A stretch of DNA of 64,000 bases, from the NCBI GenBank assembly GCA_035221665.1, contig CM069144.1, positions 55,614,001-55,678,000 of the forward strand, written 5' to 3'. The stretch's first letter is position 1. Every line of letters begins with the position of its first letter. This document shows positions 49,920-62,535 of the stretch, piece by piece. The notes below the pieces were generated by a model, which did no database searches, had not been told where the DNA came from, and saw only the letters and a list, made by a program, of their open reading frames with translations. The position numbers were made by a program, and so were the translations under genes. This DNA comes from Okamejei kenojei (Eukaryota).

Positions 49920-50189
49920 ACAATACAGTCTGCTTATTCTGCTGACGATATCCCTTTGGGGAGGGCACACTCCCCATGTTTTTTCTCATAGTTAATACAT
50001 TGCGGATCTTCCTCCACTTTATGTCCTTGGCACATTTTATGATATTGATCTTTCATCTCATTGCTCTGTAATTGTGTCAATACTGAAGGAACTGTTTTGT
50101 GTAACTTGCAGTGTTCTGCTTTGTTCCAGGTCCTTTGCTGTTCTGGCCATTTCAATCCATTGCAGGTTACTGCATTTTCATATTTAAAG

Positions 50190-50830
50190 AGTCATAGTCA
50201 TAGTTATACAGTATGGAAACAGGCCCTCTGGCCAAACTTGCCCATGCCAAATGAGCTCAATCTATATTAGTCTCACCTGTCCGTGCTAGGCCCTTAAAGC
50301 CCTGTCCCACGGTACGTGTTCATTCCAAGAGCTCTCCCATGTTTAAAAAAAAATCAAACTCGTGGTAAGCACGGAGAATGAACGTAGCGGGTACGTCGGA
50401 GCTCGGGGACGTCTCTTAGTGCTAACGGCAGGTACTCGGGAAGACTCGCTAACAGCAGGTAAGCACGGGAAGACTCATGAAGATTTTTCAACATGATGAA
50501 AAATGTCCACGAGAGCCCCGAGTACTGACGAGTGGCCATTACCGTAAATCTCCGAGTTCGAATCAGGGCAAACTCGGGAGAACTCTTGGAATGAACTCGT
50601 ACCGTTGGACAGGGCTATTATTCCTCTAAACCTATCTTATCCATGCACCCTTCTAAATGTTTCTTAAATGTTGCAACAGTACTTGCCATAACTACCTCCT
50701 CCAGCAGCTTGTTCCATACACCCACAACCCTCTGTGCCCCCCCAAACCCTTTAAACCTATGTCCTCAGGTGCTCGATTCTCCTTACTCTAGGCATTTACC
50801 CAATATATTCCTCTCATGATTTTGTTCATG
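50190..50830 (-). mobile_element. CR1 3' tail fragment hosting a MITE
   Basis: (GTCATA)n tail and GGAAACAGGCCC; resumes TTCCTCTAAACCTATC after the MITE. Confidence 0.8.
50297..50617. mobile_element. PIF/Harbinger-type MITE (complete)
   Basis: ~42-bp TIRs AAGCCCTGTCCCACGGTACGTGTTCATTCCAAGAGCTCTCCC and GGGAGAACTCTTGGAATGAACTCGTACCGTTGGACAGGGCTA; 3-bp TTA TSD (50294-50296, 50618-50620). Confidence 0.9.
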
Positions 50831-51206
50831 ATCCAATTACACTGAAAACATTCCTGAACTTTGAATAAAATAAGCAGCAACCTTTTTAACCTTTATTTCA
50901 TTTAAGTTGTTTCTAAATCTAGTTTTATGTCACCAACCACTGTTGTTTTGGGAGTGTATTTGCCTTTGCATCGAAGTGTAATAGTAAGATTAAACGAGAA
51001 CTTACCAATTCGAAGTTTGATCCTTATTTTATGAGGAGTTACGATGAGGGATTACGTGAAGAAGTCCCGCCGGAGCGCATGCTTATCGTACTTCAAAGCC
51101 GCGGCGTGAAAACACAGAAACTCAATAGCCGAAGTAACAGAGTAAGGTTTTTAGAAGACTAGAACTACCAGATGATCCTTTCGATTATGAGGGTGGGAGC
51201 GGAGGG

Positions 51207-51319
51207 CATGTAATCCCTCATCGTAACTCCTCATAAAATAAGGATCAAACTTCGAACTGGTAAGTTCTCGTTTAATCTTACTATTTTACTTCGGAGTCAC
51301 GTGAGTGACTACGTGAAGA
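51207..51319. repeat. DIRS internal complementary region (ICR)
   Basis: 51207-51285 is the inverse of 50980-51058, and 51283-51319 is the inverse of 55623-55659, i.e. the circle junction. Confidence 0.93.
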
Positions 51320-51544
51320 TTTCAAAGCTCTGTGATTTCATGCCATAGATACAGTTCCATACGACACACTGCCTTGGTTGACAAAGGATAACCAAATAAT
51401 GTATCAAAAATTGTTTAATTTATACAATAAATGTCTTAAACAATAAAAATGTTCACAACAGTAATAACCCCTCTTTCGCAGGGGAAATTACAAAGGAGAA
51501 CTCAAACAGAACCCAAAACTGCTTGCCCAATCTTTGCATTGTGA

Positions 51545-52200
51545 GGACAGGTTTATCATAACCCTAAAAGGTTCCTTAACTGGACTATCCTGCAGTGAAG
51601 ATTTGGTCTAATGGCACGTCCTGCGCCTTTGCTGCTTACGTTGATGCCGCCCTGGTGGAGTGATTTAAACCCATCAGTGTCTACTCCAGCAAAATGCAAA
51701 CCTGTTTTGGTCATCTAGCAATAGCTTGTACTGACACCTTTGTTTTATGTGGCTGATGACCATTGCTGTTTCAGAGTCTCTGAGACTCTTGATGACCTTG
51801 ATATTATTAGCTCAGATGCATAATTACACATAGTCTTAGATCAATGGGTATATTTTAAGCTTAATTTGGTTCCAGCCATCCCTGGCCTGCTCTGTTTGAT
51901 TAGATCATATGCATAAAACACAATATCATCTACAGAAGAATGCATGCTGTCCAGTCATAACTTTTGCAATATTTGGACCCATAATGCTGCCACTAGCACC
52001 ATGAACATGATCACTTTGAGTGTTAACTTCCGGAAAGGCAGAGATGTAATTGGAGCCCATTGCCAAAGCAGTGTGAGAACTATGCTCACATCCCAGATTT
52101 CTGAATATGTAAGTCTGGGAGGGTTTTGTTAAAATACCTCCTATGAATCGGCCAACAATAAATGAGATCCGACAGAGTGTTGTCCGGACCCTTGCCCTAA
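51545..52200 (-). pseudogene. DIRS tyrosine recombinase remnant
   Basis: HSTRAAST*AAKAQDVPLDQI (HxxR box) and KLTLKVIMFMVLVAALWVQ (box I, catalytic Arg apparently lost); stops and frameshifts. Confidence 0.85.
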
Positions 52201-52559
52201 ATAGGAGGACAAAGTACTTCTAGTACTATGAATGGCACTATAGCTTAACTGCTCGTCAAATTGTAATGTAGCCAGGAACTCCAATACATCCGGTATGCCT
52301 GCAATTTATGATAAGATATATTTAACTGTAAACAGGACATCTCCCATTTCTTAATATGAGACACATATTGTTTTTTTTAAAATATTATTTAATTTAAAAA
52401 AGAACATTTTTTAGTACTATCTCTCCAGACCATCAGAATCACATTGATGGTTCTACTCAATAGTCTGAGTCCCTGGAACAGTCTGGTCAGAAGATACAAT
52501 CAATAAATTAATATGCTCATGTAAAGGGGAACTTTCCTCCTGTCCCAGTGTGAACCAAC

Positions 52560-53200
52560 AAGTTACTGTAATTGGGATGATCATGAATGCTGTGTCATCC
52601 GTCTCAACCCAATGGGACCATGCTGTGTGGACCAGTTTAGAACCAACTAAACACCTAAGTGTAGTCATACTCTATTTTGGTGAGACCTTGATTGAATGAG
52701 GAAGAAATGGGGAAAGCGTAAGAACGTACATCCCCAATGTAGCCCGAATGTATCCTCCGGTACTGCCCCTAGATTTGGTTCCCATGCCGAATACAGGTAC
52801 TGGTAAATTAACCCAGATGCAACAGATCTATGTCTGGCAATCCATACCGGCTAACAATGATTTTGAAACTTTTGGATTCTTAACTCATTTTTTGTTTGTC
52901 ATGGATTTTACATGACCTGGTGTCTGCAACTTTCGCATTACCTCTACCTGATAGGTAGATATCTGAGACCCAGATGTTCCTTGTAATGCACCTGTGCCAG
53001 ATGAGGCCAGGCAGAGTGTTACAGAATAATGACCTCATTCTACCCATGTGATTGATATGGGTACCTGCTGTGGTATTATCAATCGGAAGCTGCACATGCA
53101 ATCATGCATTGTTGAGCAGAATTCTTTAGGCCATAGAATGCACCCAGCATTTCTACATCGTTTGCCCCATCCTCTGCAGGGTTAATGCTTCTTTCACATT
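52560..53200 (-). pseudogene. DIRS RNase H and methyltransferase-like remnants
   Basis: ORF 52880-53101 HVQLPIDNTTAGTHINHMG...IW.RCI..NIW (DNTTA RNase H motif), followed by GLPDIDL, YAFP and NWSTQ motifs. Confidence 0.85.
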
Positions 53201-53985
53201 TTATCTGTCGCCCCAGCCAGACTTGATATCAGTGGCTCCTCATCCTGAAGCTCACATCAGTTTGTAAACTAAAGGTTATTGAGTCAGAATGTCTCTAGTA
53301 CATCGCGAGACATTAGTTACAATTTTGGCCGTAGGCAAAGTACTGCCATGTTAATTAACCAATGATGACCTTAAATAGCCAATCATTCTAAATGGTACTA
53401 ATCTAAGTTTAATTAGATGGGTGAGGACCTAACCTCTCAACAGGTGTGTGGTAGCTGAATATTTATCTTTCAGATCTATGGCTGCCAATATAACACCCTT
53501 TTTTATCCCAGTTACAATACTGACATTTTTATTTAAATCTTTTATACTGGACCTTAAGGGTTAAGTATGTTCCGGCCCAGAATGACTCGACACCCACCAT
53601 CGTCCTTTTGGCTGGGGAATTGGACACAATTGTTAAGGCTGATATGCATCATGCACCTGTAGAGTTAGTGGTATTGAACCCCAATACCCAACTATGTGTA
53701 TTTTGTACGGATGGATGTACTTCCGAGATACATATTCGAGATCCCCGGATACAGTCCAATATTCACTTACTGTTTCTTAATCTGGAAGGATATGGTTTTT
53801 GAAGTCTCATCGTCCAGGTGTTCCCCTGGGTAGTAGAGGATCTGCGCAAGGCTGTGAACCATGGGTTGAGCGTAGGCTGGATATTTATTCGTAAATTTTA
53901 AACTAACAAATGGGCATTACACAGCAGGGTCCTTATCCTGTTGTGTTTAGATAGTGGCCTTGCCATTTGTCCAAACGCCATAATT

Positions 53986-54155
53986 NNNNNNNNNNNNNNN
54001 NNNNNNNNNNNNNNNNNNNNNNNNNNNNNNNNNNNNNNNNNNNNNNNNNNNNNNNNNNNNNNNNNNNNNNNNNNNNNNNNNNNNNNNNNNNNNNNNNNNN
54101 NNNNNNNNNNNNNNNNNNNNNNNNNNNNNNNNNNNNNNNNNNNNNNNNNNNNNNN
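53986..54155. other. Assembly gap (N run) inside the DIRS element
   Basis: Run of n characters. Confidence 1.
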
Positions 54156-54394
54156 TGCAGCCTTAATTCATGCGCCCTCATGATAAGCTCCTTTAGAGCG
54201 ATGCACAGTAAACAGATGTTTGATAAGTGAATTTTTTATTTATTTTTTATTTTTCCCATTATGAAGTCCTGGAACTGGTGAGGACCATTAATTTGCTGGC
54301 CAGATTGTCATCCCTGACTTCACCGGTATGGTAAATTGCTAACCATATCCTGGAGCGTGGCTCTTGTGATTTGGTGTATGCACATAAGCAGTGA

Positions 54395-55095
54395 CACCAC
54401 TTCAGGGTCAGCATTCTACTGCCCTGGCTCTCCCGGCTGATGCTCACGGGAGGTCACACACACGGCCCTAAACGAGGTGCTGGTGTGATGGGTCCCCAAA
54501 CTTCAGGGTCAGCATCCTACTGCCCTGGCTCTCGTGGCTGATGCTCACAGGAGGTCACACACAGCCCTAACAAGGTGCTGCTGTGCTGGGTCCCCATGTC
54601 GTGGCTCTCCCGGCTGATGCTCACGGGAGGTCACCACTTCAGGGTCAGATTTATACTGCCCTGCTCCTGCTTACAGGAGGTCATACACATATCCCTGCCA
54701 ACAGGTGCTTGTGGCGCGGCACTCCCGTAGGCCTGCACTGTGAAATGTTTGGTGTCAGCAACCCATTGACCCGAACTGGTCTGCCCTTTACCACCGGGAG
54801 ACCTTGAGCAGCCCTCTCGTAGTTGCTGCTGGCACGGCTCTCCCGTAGGCCGGCATTTTCACACATGAAGCAGCCCTATCCCCCAGGCGCTGCTAGCGCG
54901 GCTCTCCGTAGGCCAGCGCTGTGACAGATACGGCGTCAGTTGAACACTGACCCGTCCTGGTCTCCCCCTCCAGCAGGGAGACCTTGAGCAACCATGTCCT
55001 AGGCGCTGCTGGCGCAGCCTGTCCCATAGGCCGGTGCTTTTTACATGAAGCAGCCCTGTCCTAGGCGCTGCTGGCGCGGCCTGTCCCATAGGCCC
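54395..55095. repeat. GC-rich imperfect tandem repeats in the DIRS 5'/gag-like region
   Basis: About three copies of CTTCAGGGTCAGCAT..TACTGCCCTGGCTCTC...GGAGGTCACACAC, then about five of GCTGCTGGCGCGGCTCTCCCGTAGGCC. Confidence 0.8.
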
Positions 55096-55844
55096 TCGCT
55101 ATTATAGTGGAGTCTCACTAATTTGGTTGTGTGAATTTGTAAAGGGTGAAAATACTCTTATTATCGAAGAGGAACTCTTGCAGCCTGACTCACCCGAGTT
55201 CTAATAGGGCTGCACAAGTTCTCTCTCCCTCCAATTTTAATCCATGCCAGGGGCAACGTGTCTGTGAGTCGCTGACCGACTGTCAGCGATTCTAGCAATA
55301 TTTAAACGGCATCCCCGCAGGCTGGAAGCCACTGACTGCTTTGTCAGCGGCTGTTATCAGGAAACCCAATCTTTTGCCGGCTATCCGCTTCAGCAGTCGG
55401 TCCGGGGTTTCCCCGCAGCCCATAGCCGGCTTAGGCATCGGACCTCCAATAAATCCGGCAGGAAACCTCTGAAAAGAGAGGCTCCTGCTCGGATACACAA
55501 TGCTGGTAAGTAAAAACACTTACCTTCTAGGTTTAAACTTACCGCCGGCAGGAGCGTTGCCCCGCCAGTCCGGTGCTTGCCAATGCGCTGACATAATGAC
55601 AAGCATGCGCTCTGGCGGGACCTCTTCACGTAGTCACTCACGTGACTCCAAAGTAAAATTGAGCAACAGGTTTCATTTTTTCTTTAGCTTCAGTTGTTCT
55701 TCATTTGTTTGAATATTTATCTTCTTCCCACCTTGTGGTAAACATATTTATCCAATAATAATTTAACTTCACCCAGCCACAAAAATGCCAAAACTGCTGC
55801 TTCCTTCCTGATTGATCAACACAAACTATCAGAGTTTGCCAATG

Positions 55845-56167
55845 GGTACACAAAATGCTGGAGAAACTCAGCGGGTGCAGCAGCATCTATGGAGCGAAGG
55901 AGATAGGCAACGTTTCGGGCCAAAACCCTTCTTCAGACTGATGGGGGTTGGGGGGAGGCGGGGGGGAAGAAAGGAAAAAGGAGGAGGAGGAGCCCGAGGG
56001 CTGAGGGAGAGGTAGGAAGGGGAGGAGACAGCAAGGGTTAACAGAATTGAGAGAATTCGATGTTCATGCCAAGAGGATGCAGACTCCCCAAGTGGAATAT
56101 GAGGTGCTGTTCCTCCAATTTGCGGTGCCACTCGATTTTTTCAGCATCTGCAGTTCCTTCTTTAACA
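55845..56167 (-). mobile_element. Penelope 3' fragment with GIY-YIG C-terminus, hammerhead motif, inverted tail and 15-bp TSD
   Basis: Minus strand HRKLEEQHLIFHLG.LHPLGMNIEFSQFC*; CTGAAGAAGGGTTTTGGCCCGAAACGTT; TSD CAGAGTTTGCCAATG at 55830-55844 and 56168-56182. Confidence 0.92.
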
Positions 56168-56812
56168 CAGAGTTTGCCAATGATTGTACTGTGCTATCAA
56201 GCGGGATGGTGGGGCCTAGTGGAGGTTGCTTGCAATAGCTGGGGTTGCTGGGTTTACATGTTATTCCATCTCGTCTTTCGGAATACCAACAGCTATGGCC
56301 AGCTTATGTTGGAGGCAGGGGAAAGACCAGGAAAAGAAATGAGTCCCTTGCTTCATTGAGCAGAGGCCTGTCACTGCAGCAAAACAATAGGCTGTGCACA
56401 GAATCCATTGCATGGGGAATATGCAGGACCTGGCCACGAGCAACTTTGTGAGTCTTAATTCAAGACCCAGTTTTCCGTGACTTCTCAATCCCTTGGCACA
56501 TCATGTACACCCAACAACCGGCATTGGCTTATTTTACAGCGAATGATGTCCACTTAGAATATTTATTTGCCTCTTTACAAGCATCTCTTTAGTTATATTA
56601 TTTGGATTAAATGTTTCCAGCATCTTGGTCCACCTCAGTTGTCACACCCGTTGAAGAAGTATTCCCCATCCCACTGCCAACACAACTCTGCTGTGAGAAG
56701 TGAATTGATTCAACACCACATATTCATTTTGTTTCCTCAATCTATTCCCTTTATTTTCTAAAGCTCACCTATTCGAAGTAAAAGACGGAAAAGGCAATGC
56801 CAATCTGTTGAG

Positions 56813-57267
56813 TGTGTACGAAGGAACTGCAGATGCTGGTTTAAACCGAAGATAGACACTAAACAGTTCCTTCAGTATTGCTACAATTACAGAGCAATGA
56901 GATAGATGAAAGATCAATATCATAAAATGTGCCAAGGATTTAAAGTGGAGGATGATCCGCAATTTATTAACTATGAGAAAAAACATGGGGAGTGTGTCCT
57001 TCCCAAAGGGACATCATCAGCAGAATAATCAGACTGTATTATGTAGGAAGAAACTGCAGATGCTGGTTTAAACCAAAGATAGACACAAAAAGCTGGAGTA
57101 ACTCAGCAGAACAGGCAGCTTCTCTGGAGAGAAGGAATGAGTGACGTTTTAGGTCAAGACCCTTCATCAGACTGAAGAAAGGTTTCGACTCGAAAAGTCA
57201 CCCATTTCTTCTCCCCAGAGATGCTGCCTGTCCCACGGAGTTAATCCAGCATTTTGTGTCTATCTTC
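56813..57267. mobile_element. Composite Penelope insertion carrying a copy of local flanking DNA
   Basis: Tail (56813-56860), inverted copy of 49921-50098 (56861-57040), then an inverted pseudo-LTR pair (57041-57267). Confidence 0.85.
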
Positions 57268-58479
57268 TTTTATTCTCTTGGTGTTCAAAAATCTATCAGT
57301 CTCAGTTTTGAATATACGCTGCTTTGAACAACATAACCATTTTGGGTAGGGGATTCCAAATATTTGCATCCTTCTTTAGAAAGAAAGTTTTGCCTTTGAA
57401 GACTTGCACTTATCCTGAGATTATTCCCTGTCATACTGGACACTTCAACTAAAGAAGCAACCCCTCAGCATCAACTTCTGTCAAACCCTCACAGAATCTT
57501 TTATGTATTTTTCAAAATTGAATGCATGGAAAAGAGAACACATCCTAGAAATATTTTAAATTGAGGATAATATACCGGCAATAGGAATATGAAAATCCTA
57601 ATGTATTATTGCATTCATAGGTACCGGCATGGTTAACTTACAAAAAACAAAGATTTTTAAATGCGCGCAAAACTCCCCTTTCCGTTTTTCACTGAGCACG
57701 AGCACTCAATAAAATGTCATACATATAGTTCAATTGATTGTCGGGCAAAAAAAATTGTGGTTAACATCCACATCAAATTGAATGGATAAAGGTTAACAAA
57801 AAGTAGATAACTCTAACTACAAATAAATTCTGGATATTGATTTACAAACATATGGCCAGGATTTATTACAAATCATAGCCTTACACAGACGCACATTGCA
57901 AGGCTCTGATGTCTCTTGTCATATACAGAATACACTGAGGGACACTGTGAGGTCAACCTGACTAGTAGGCCTCAGCGATCAAACGTGTCCCACCTGTCTT
58001 GGCCGCTAGTGCAGGTGTTCTAGGTCAGCTCTCCTTGTGGTTATCAATCGCTGACAGTTGACAGTTTAATTTTACAGCCCAAGCACCTCATTACTTGTGC
58101 AGACACTTGGAGAACATGTGGGCACTGGATTGGATCAGCGATCAATGACAAAGGTTGCATAAGGGTACAAGTGGTAGCACTAAAAGTGAAGGTCTCCATG
58201 CATGAGATGGCAGTGGTAGAGATACATGACAGGGAGGTTTAGCTGACAAACAGTCTGTCACTGCTGAGGGAATGGAGTTTTACTATAGAGTCTTTGACTA
58301 TAAATCGGCATCATCTGCTCACAGAAGAGTATTTGGGAATGCTGGTGCACTACAAAAATAAAAGTAATAACACTTGGTGGGTGATTTTAAATACTAATAA
58401 ATATTTATTGATGGAAGATTTTGCAAACAGGTTAATTTGAATTATATAGAGGAATCCGGCAATGATTTTACTTAGGAAT

Positions 58480-58776
58480 TTTAGACTGAAGATACAGCGC
58501 AGAAACAGGTCCTTTCGCCAACTGAATCCACACCGACCAGCGATCACCCTGTACACTAACACCATTCTACACACTAGGGACAATTTACAATTTTACCGAA
58601 GCCAGTTCACCTGCAAACCTGGAGTATGGGAGGAGGCCGGAGCTCCGGGAGAAAACTCACACAGTCACAGGGAGAACGTACAAACTCTGTACAGAGAATA
58701 CCCGTAGTTAGGATCAAACCTGGGTGTCTTGATGCTGTAGAGCAGAAACTCTGCCGCTCCGCCACTGGGCCACCCC
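58480..58776 (-). mobile_element. HE1/V-SINE
   Basis: Tail GATACAGCGCAGAAACAGG, V-domain and head. Confidence 0.88.
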
Positions 58777-59172
58777 AATGTTTTAATAAGTTTTAATAGT
58801 TAACCATTCCATAGTTTAAGTCTTTAATCAGAGACTTTTTTTCTCAGCAGATATATCATAATGATAAAATGATTTTGCCTCAATGTCTCTGGAGCAGAGA
58901 ACATGCTGGAGATTTTGCTTCTGCTCACAATCCCAACCTGAACTTGCTGAAACATAACCACATGAGCTTCAATTGAGAGGAGCAAGAGGCTTGGATAGAC
59001 AGCCCTCCTGTAGTTGAATAGCCAACTGCTGCTCCTGTGTGTGGGCGGGACTTTTAGCCAAGTCCATTCACAACATTGGTACTTGTCTTACAAAGTAGAA
59101 AATTGACCTAATATTGCTTGACCATCGAATTCCTGCTCAATATCAGCCGGAGACAATGCCTCATCAATTAGC

Positions 59173-59430
59173 TTTAGACGTTAGACTTCAGAGATAAAGC
59201 GCGGAAACAGGCCCTTCAGCACATTGAGTCCGTGCTGACCCTATGCACAAATATCCTACACACTAGTGGCAATTTTTTAACTGAAGACAATTAACCTACA
59301 AACCCGAATGTCTTTGGAGTGAGGGAGGAAACTGGGGTGCCCAGAGAAAACCCACTAGGTTACAGGGAGAACATACAAACTCTGTACAGACAGCACCCTT
59401 GGTCAGGATCTACCTCTGCGCTACTCTGCT
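59173..59430 (-). mobile_element. HE1/V-SINE (degenerate)
   Basis: GCGCGGAAACAGGCCC...TCTTTGGAGTGAGGGAGGAAAC...CAGACAGCACCC. Confidence 0.8.
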
Positions 59431-60906
59431 GCTGCTCACTAATGTTCAAGTTAGTATTTTCTGGGTCAGTCAGCTTAGATCTGATCTCATCACCTGATAG
59501 CATATGTGACAATGCAAGGTATACTTGAATAACTGACACTGGGCTGCCGTTTATCCATGGACTTCAGACAGGGTTTACGTATCAAATTATTAACAAGCAA
59601 TAAATATAGTCTCAAACTTTCTGATCAGCAGTGATGCCGTAGCTTTACGTAATACTCAAACATACCTTGCGTAGATGATCCCAATGGGAAGCCCTTTCGC
59701 AAAGCTCTCCAACATCATGTTCATGCCCGTAATAAGACCCAACCCACCCTCCCAAAAAGCAAATGAAGTGATCCTAGATTCTGACATTCAGAAGTGTCAA
59801 AAAATATTCACTAACTTTGAAAAGTTAATGAAATCATTAAAAATATTTTTTTTAATCAAAAATTAAAACATTAAAACTTAAACAATTAAAAAACATTTAA
59901 TTCACCTAATTCAAAAAGTGTAAATTGTTGGTACTCTATTATTGTTTAGTGGTGTGATTAAAGCTGTAATTAAATAGCGATTATTTTTTAAATTACATAA
60001 TTAATCTCAATTAATTATTTTTAATTGCCCAACAGGCTAAATTTTATGTAATTATGATGACTTATCTCATCAAAAGATCGTGAAACAATTTTAAAACTAT
60101 GCATAAAAAACACTGTTGCTTGCCTTTATCAAACTAGTTGCGCCTGTGAACTGTGAGATGTAGACTTATTCCCTCACCATCATTGTATGTCTTCTGCTGA
60201 ATTGACGAAGGAATAGCACTAATGACGCACAAAGATATCGATGTCTTAACTGTCACAAAAGAACGCTTTATTTACCACTCACACCACATGATCAATAAAG
60301 TGTGTTTATTGATGTAGAATAGCATGAATTGATTTCCTTACTGCTTGAGCAATTGTGAGATTGTTGCCTGTAATTGTAAAACCACCATGTTAGCAAACAC
60401 AGACATGATCTGAATGCCACAAGTCTTATCACAGCTTTCTTCATCTACAGACCAGCTGTTAGGTAGATGATATATTATATTAATTTTTTTGTATACTTTC
60501 ATCAGATGTGGGCATAAGTCTCAAGGCCTGCATTTACCGTCATTTAGAAAGCTGCAGTGGGCTGCTTTCTTGAACGTGTGCAGTCAATGTGTGGAGGTAC
60601 TCCCACAGTGAAGGGAATGCTGGCAAAACCCACAGGGATGAAGGAACAATAATCTTTCTGCCAGGCCGGCATTGGATGTGGCTTGGAGAATAACATGGAA
60701 GTAGTGTCCCTTCCCCCTTATCATTCTAGGTGGTAGATGTTGCAGATTGTTGAAAAACTCTTGATACACACTGAATCCGTGAGCATGCTTGGGGTGATGG
60801 TGGAGGCAGATACGATAGTGGCACTTAACAGGCTTTTAGATAGACACATGGATATGCAGTGAATGGAAGTATGTGGATCATGTTCAGGCAGATGAGATTA
60901 GTTTAT

Positions 60907-61184
60907 TATTATTTTTTTATTATCAAAAAAATTAATCAATTATTAAAAATAATATTTACAATACAATAAAACACAACAGCACCCACCACCATAATACAAG
61001 ACAAACAAATATAGTAAATAAACTACAACACAACTATGTTACAATCCTTGTCCAGGATGCATTCAACCTCCCGCAGTGCCCAGCGGTCCCGAAACCCCCC
61101 CCCCCCCCCCCCCCCAGGGTGCCCGTGGACAGCGCGTAGGCCCTCTCCAACACCACCCCAAAGGCACGGACGTAACCCCGGAGG
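60907..61184 (-). mobile_element. Tx1-clade LINE 3' fragment nested in a CR1 tail (60780-61260)
   Basis: Minus strand RGYVRA..VVLERAYALSTGTL..FRDRWALREVECILD; A-rich tail; TSD TTAGTTTAT at 60898-60906 and 61185-61193. Confidence 0.75.
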
Positions 61185-62324
61185 TTAGTTTATCTTGGTA
61201 GTATGTTAAGGCATAGTGGGCGCATGGGCCTGTTCCTGTGCTGTACTGTTCAATGTTCTACGTTGTTGTGAAGGAAGCAAAGCAGGTCAAAGTTCAAGGT
61301 TACAGACGTGTCCCAATCATGCTTACTGCTGCGACTCGCATCTTGTCAATCATTCTGTGTGTTGTTGGAGTTGCCTCACCTTGACACGTGGGGAGTATTC
61401 CGCCACACACATCAAGCTTGTGCCTTGTAGTCTATAGAAGAATTTGGGGAAATTAGCAGCTGGATACTGAACGTCATTTGTTGCAGAATAATGAAGTTTT
61501 GACCTGCTGTTACAGCAGTCCAGTGAAATGACTGGTCAACAATATGTTTAATTCAGATATATGCAAGGTATTGCATTTTGAGCAATTAAACCAGGCAGGA
61601 CCTTCATGTGAACTGTACATTTTTATATGTATTTTATTTTTTTTTTTTAAGCAGCATGCTGATAATTTACCCCAACAGGGATGGAAGGGTTGGATATGTG
61701 GGTGGCAGGGGCAATGTGTATTGACTGTTCCCTATTGCTTATAAAATGCATTTGCATCCCTGGATGCCCATGAATGCTACGGTTGTATCTGAGATTCAAT
61801 AATAACTGTGATCATTCAAAAGCAAGTCCGGCAAGTGATTAGTTTATTGGGAACATTTTGTTTGAAACTCAAAAAGGTGAAGACCATTATGAAAATAATA
61901 TATAATAATAAAAGTGATGCAAAATAAATCATTAGTTTGAGTTTGGCATGAAGGCATTCTGGCTCGCCAAGGCACATGACTATATAGTGATGTTGCATCA
62001 ATTTATGCCAATTCTCTGCATGACCAGTTTCCGATCTCATTCTTTCATATCATCTTGGAATAAAGAACATTAGGGGATGTGGTTTCCTTGGGATACTTCT
62101 TGGTTTCCTCATAATAAAATATTTAAACAAGTTAGTCTATTTCATCCTGATACTCCTGTTAACATGTCTTTCTCACCAGCATTGGCTCCTGGTCAAGCAA
62201 ACTCATCCTTATTTTCATCTCCATACCAGGTCTTATTTTAATCTTTTCACTATTGCTGAGCATGTCTTCAGCTGCTTGAGTTTCAGAATCTCGACCCTTA
62301 GCCTCCCTGTATCTATACATTCCA

Positions 62325-62510
62325 CAAAAAGACACAAAGTGCTGGAGTAGCTCAATGGGTCAGGCAGCATCGCTGGAGAATATGGAGAATGAAGTTTCAA
62401 GTTGGGAGCCTTCTTCAGTCCCAACTTGAACATCGCCTTTCCATGTTCTCCAGAGAGGATGCCTTTTTGTGTCTTTCTTTGTTCACCAGCATTTACGGTT
62501 CTTTCCGTCT
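62325..62510. mobile_element. Degenerate Penelope inverted pair
   Basis: GACACAAAGTGCTGGAGTAGCTC...CATGTTCTCCAGAG plus tail. Confidence 0.7.
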
Positions 62511-62535
62511 ATGTTATACAATCCAATCTTCCTTC

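Larger units (their letters stand above)
50980..55659 (-). mobile_element. DIRS1-type tyrosine-recombinase retrotransposon (full-length, decayed)
   Basis: Inverted terminal repeats (51055-51085 vs 55601-55631). An internal complementary region (51207-51319) matches both termini joined. AAT at both ends. RT/RNase H/MT/YR remnants occur in the expected order. Confidence 0.93.

Noticed and set aside
59945-60040. AT-rich quasi-palindrome resembling a decayed hAT MITE end
   Set aside because: Too degenerate; no TSD or matching TIR identifiable.
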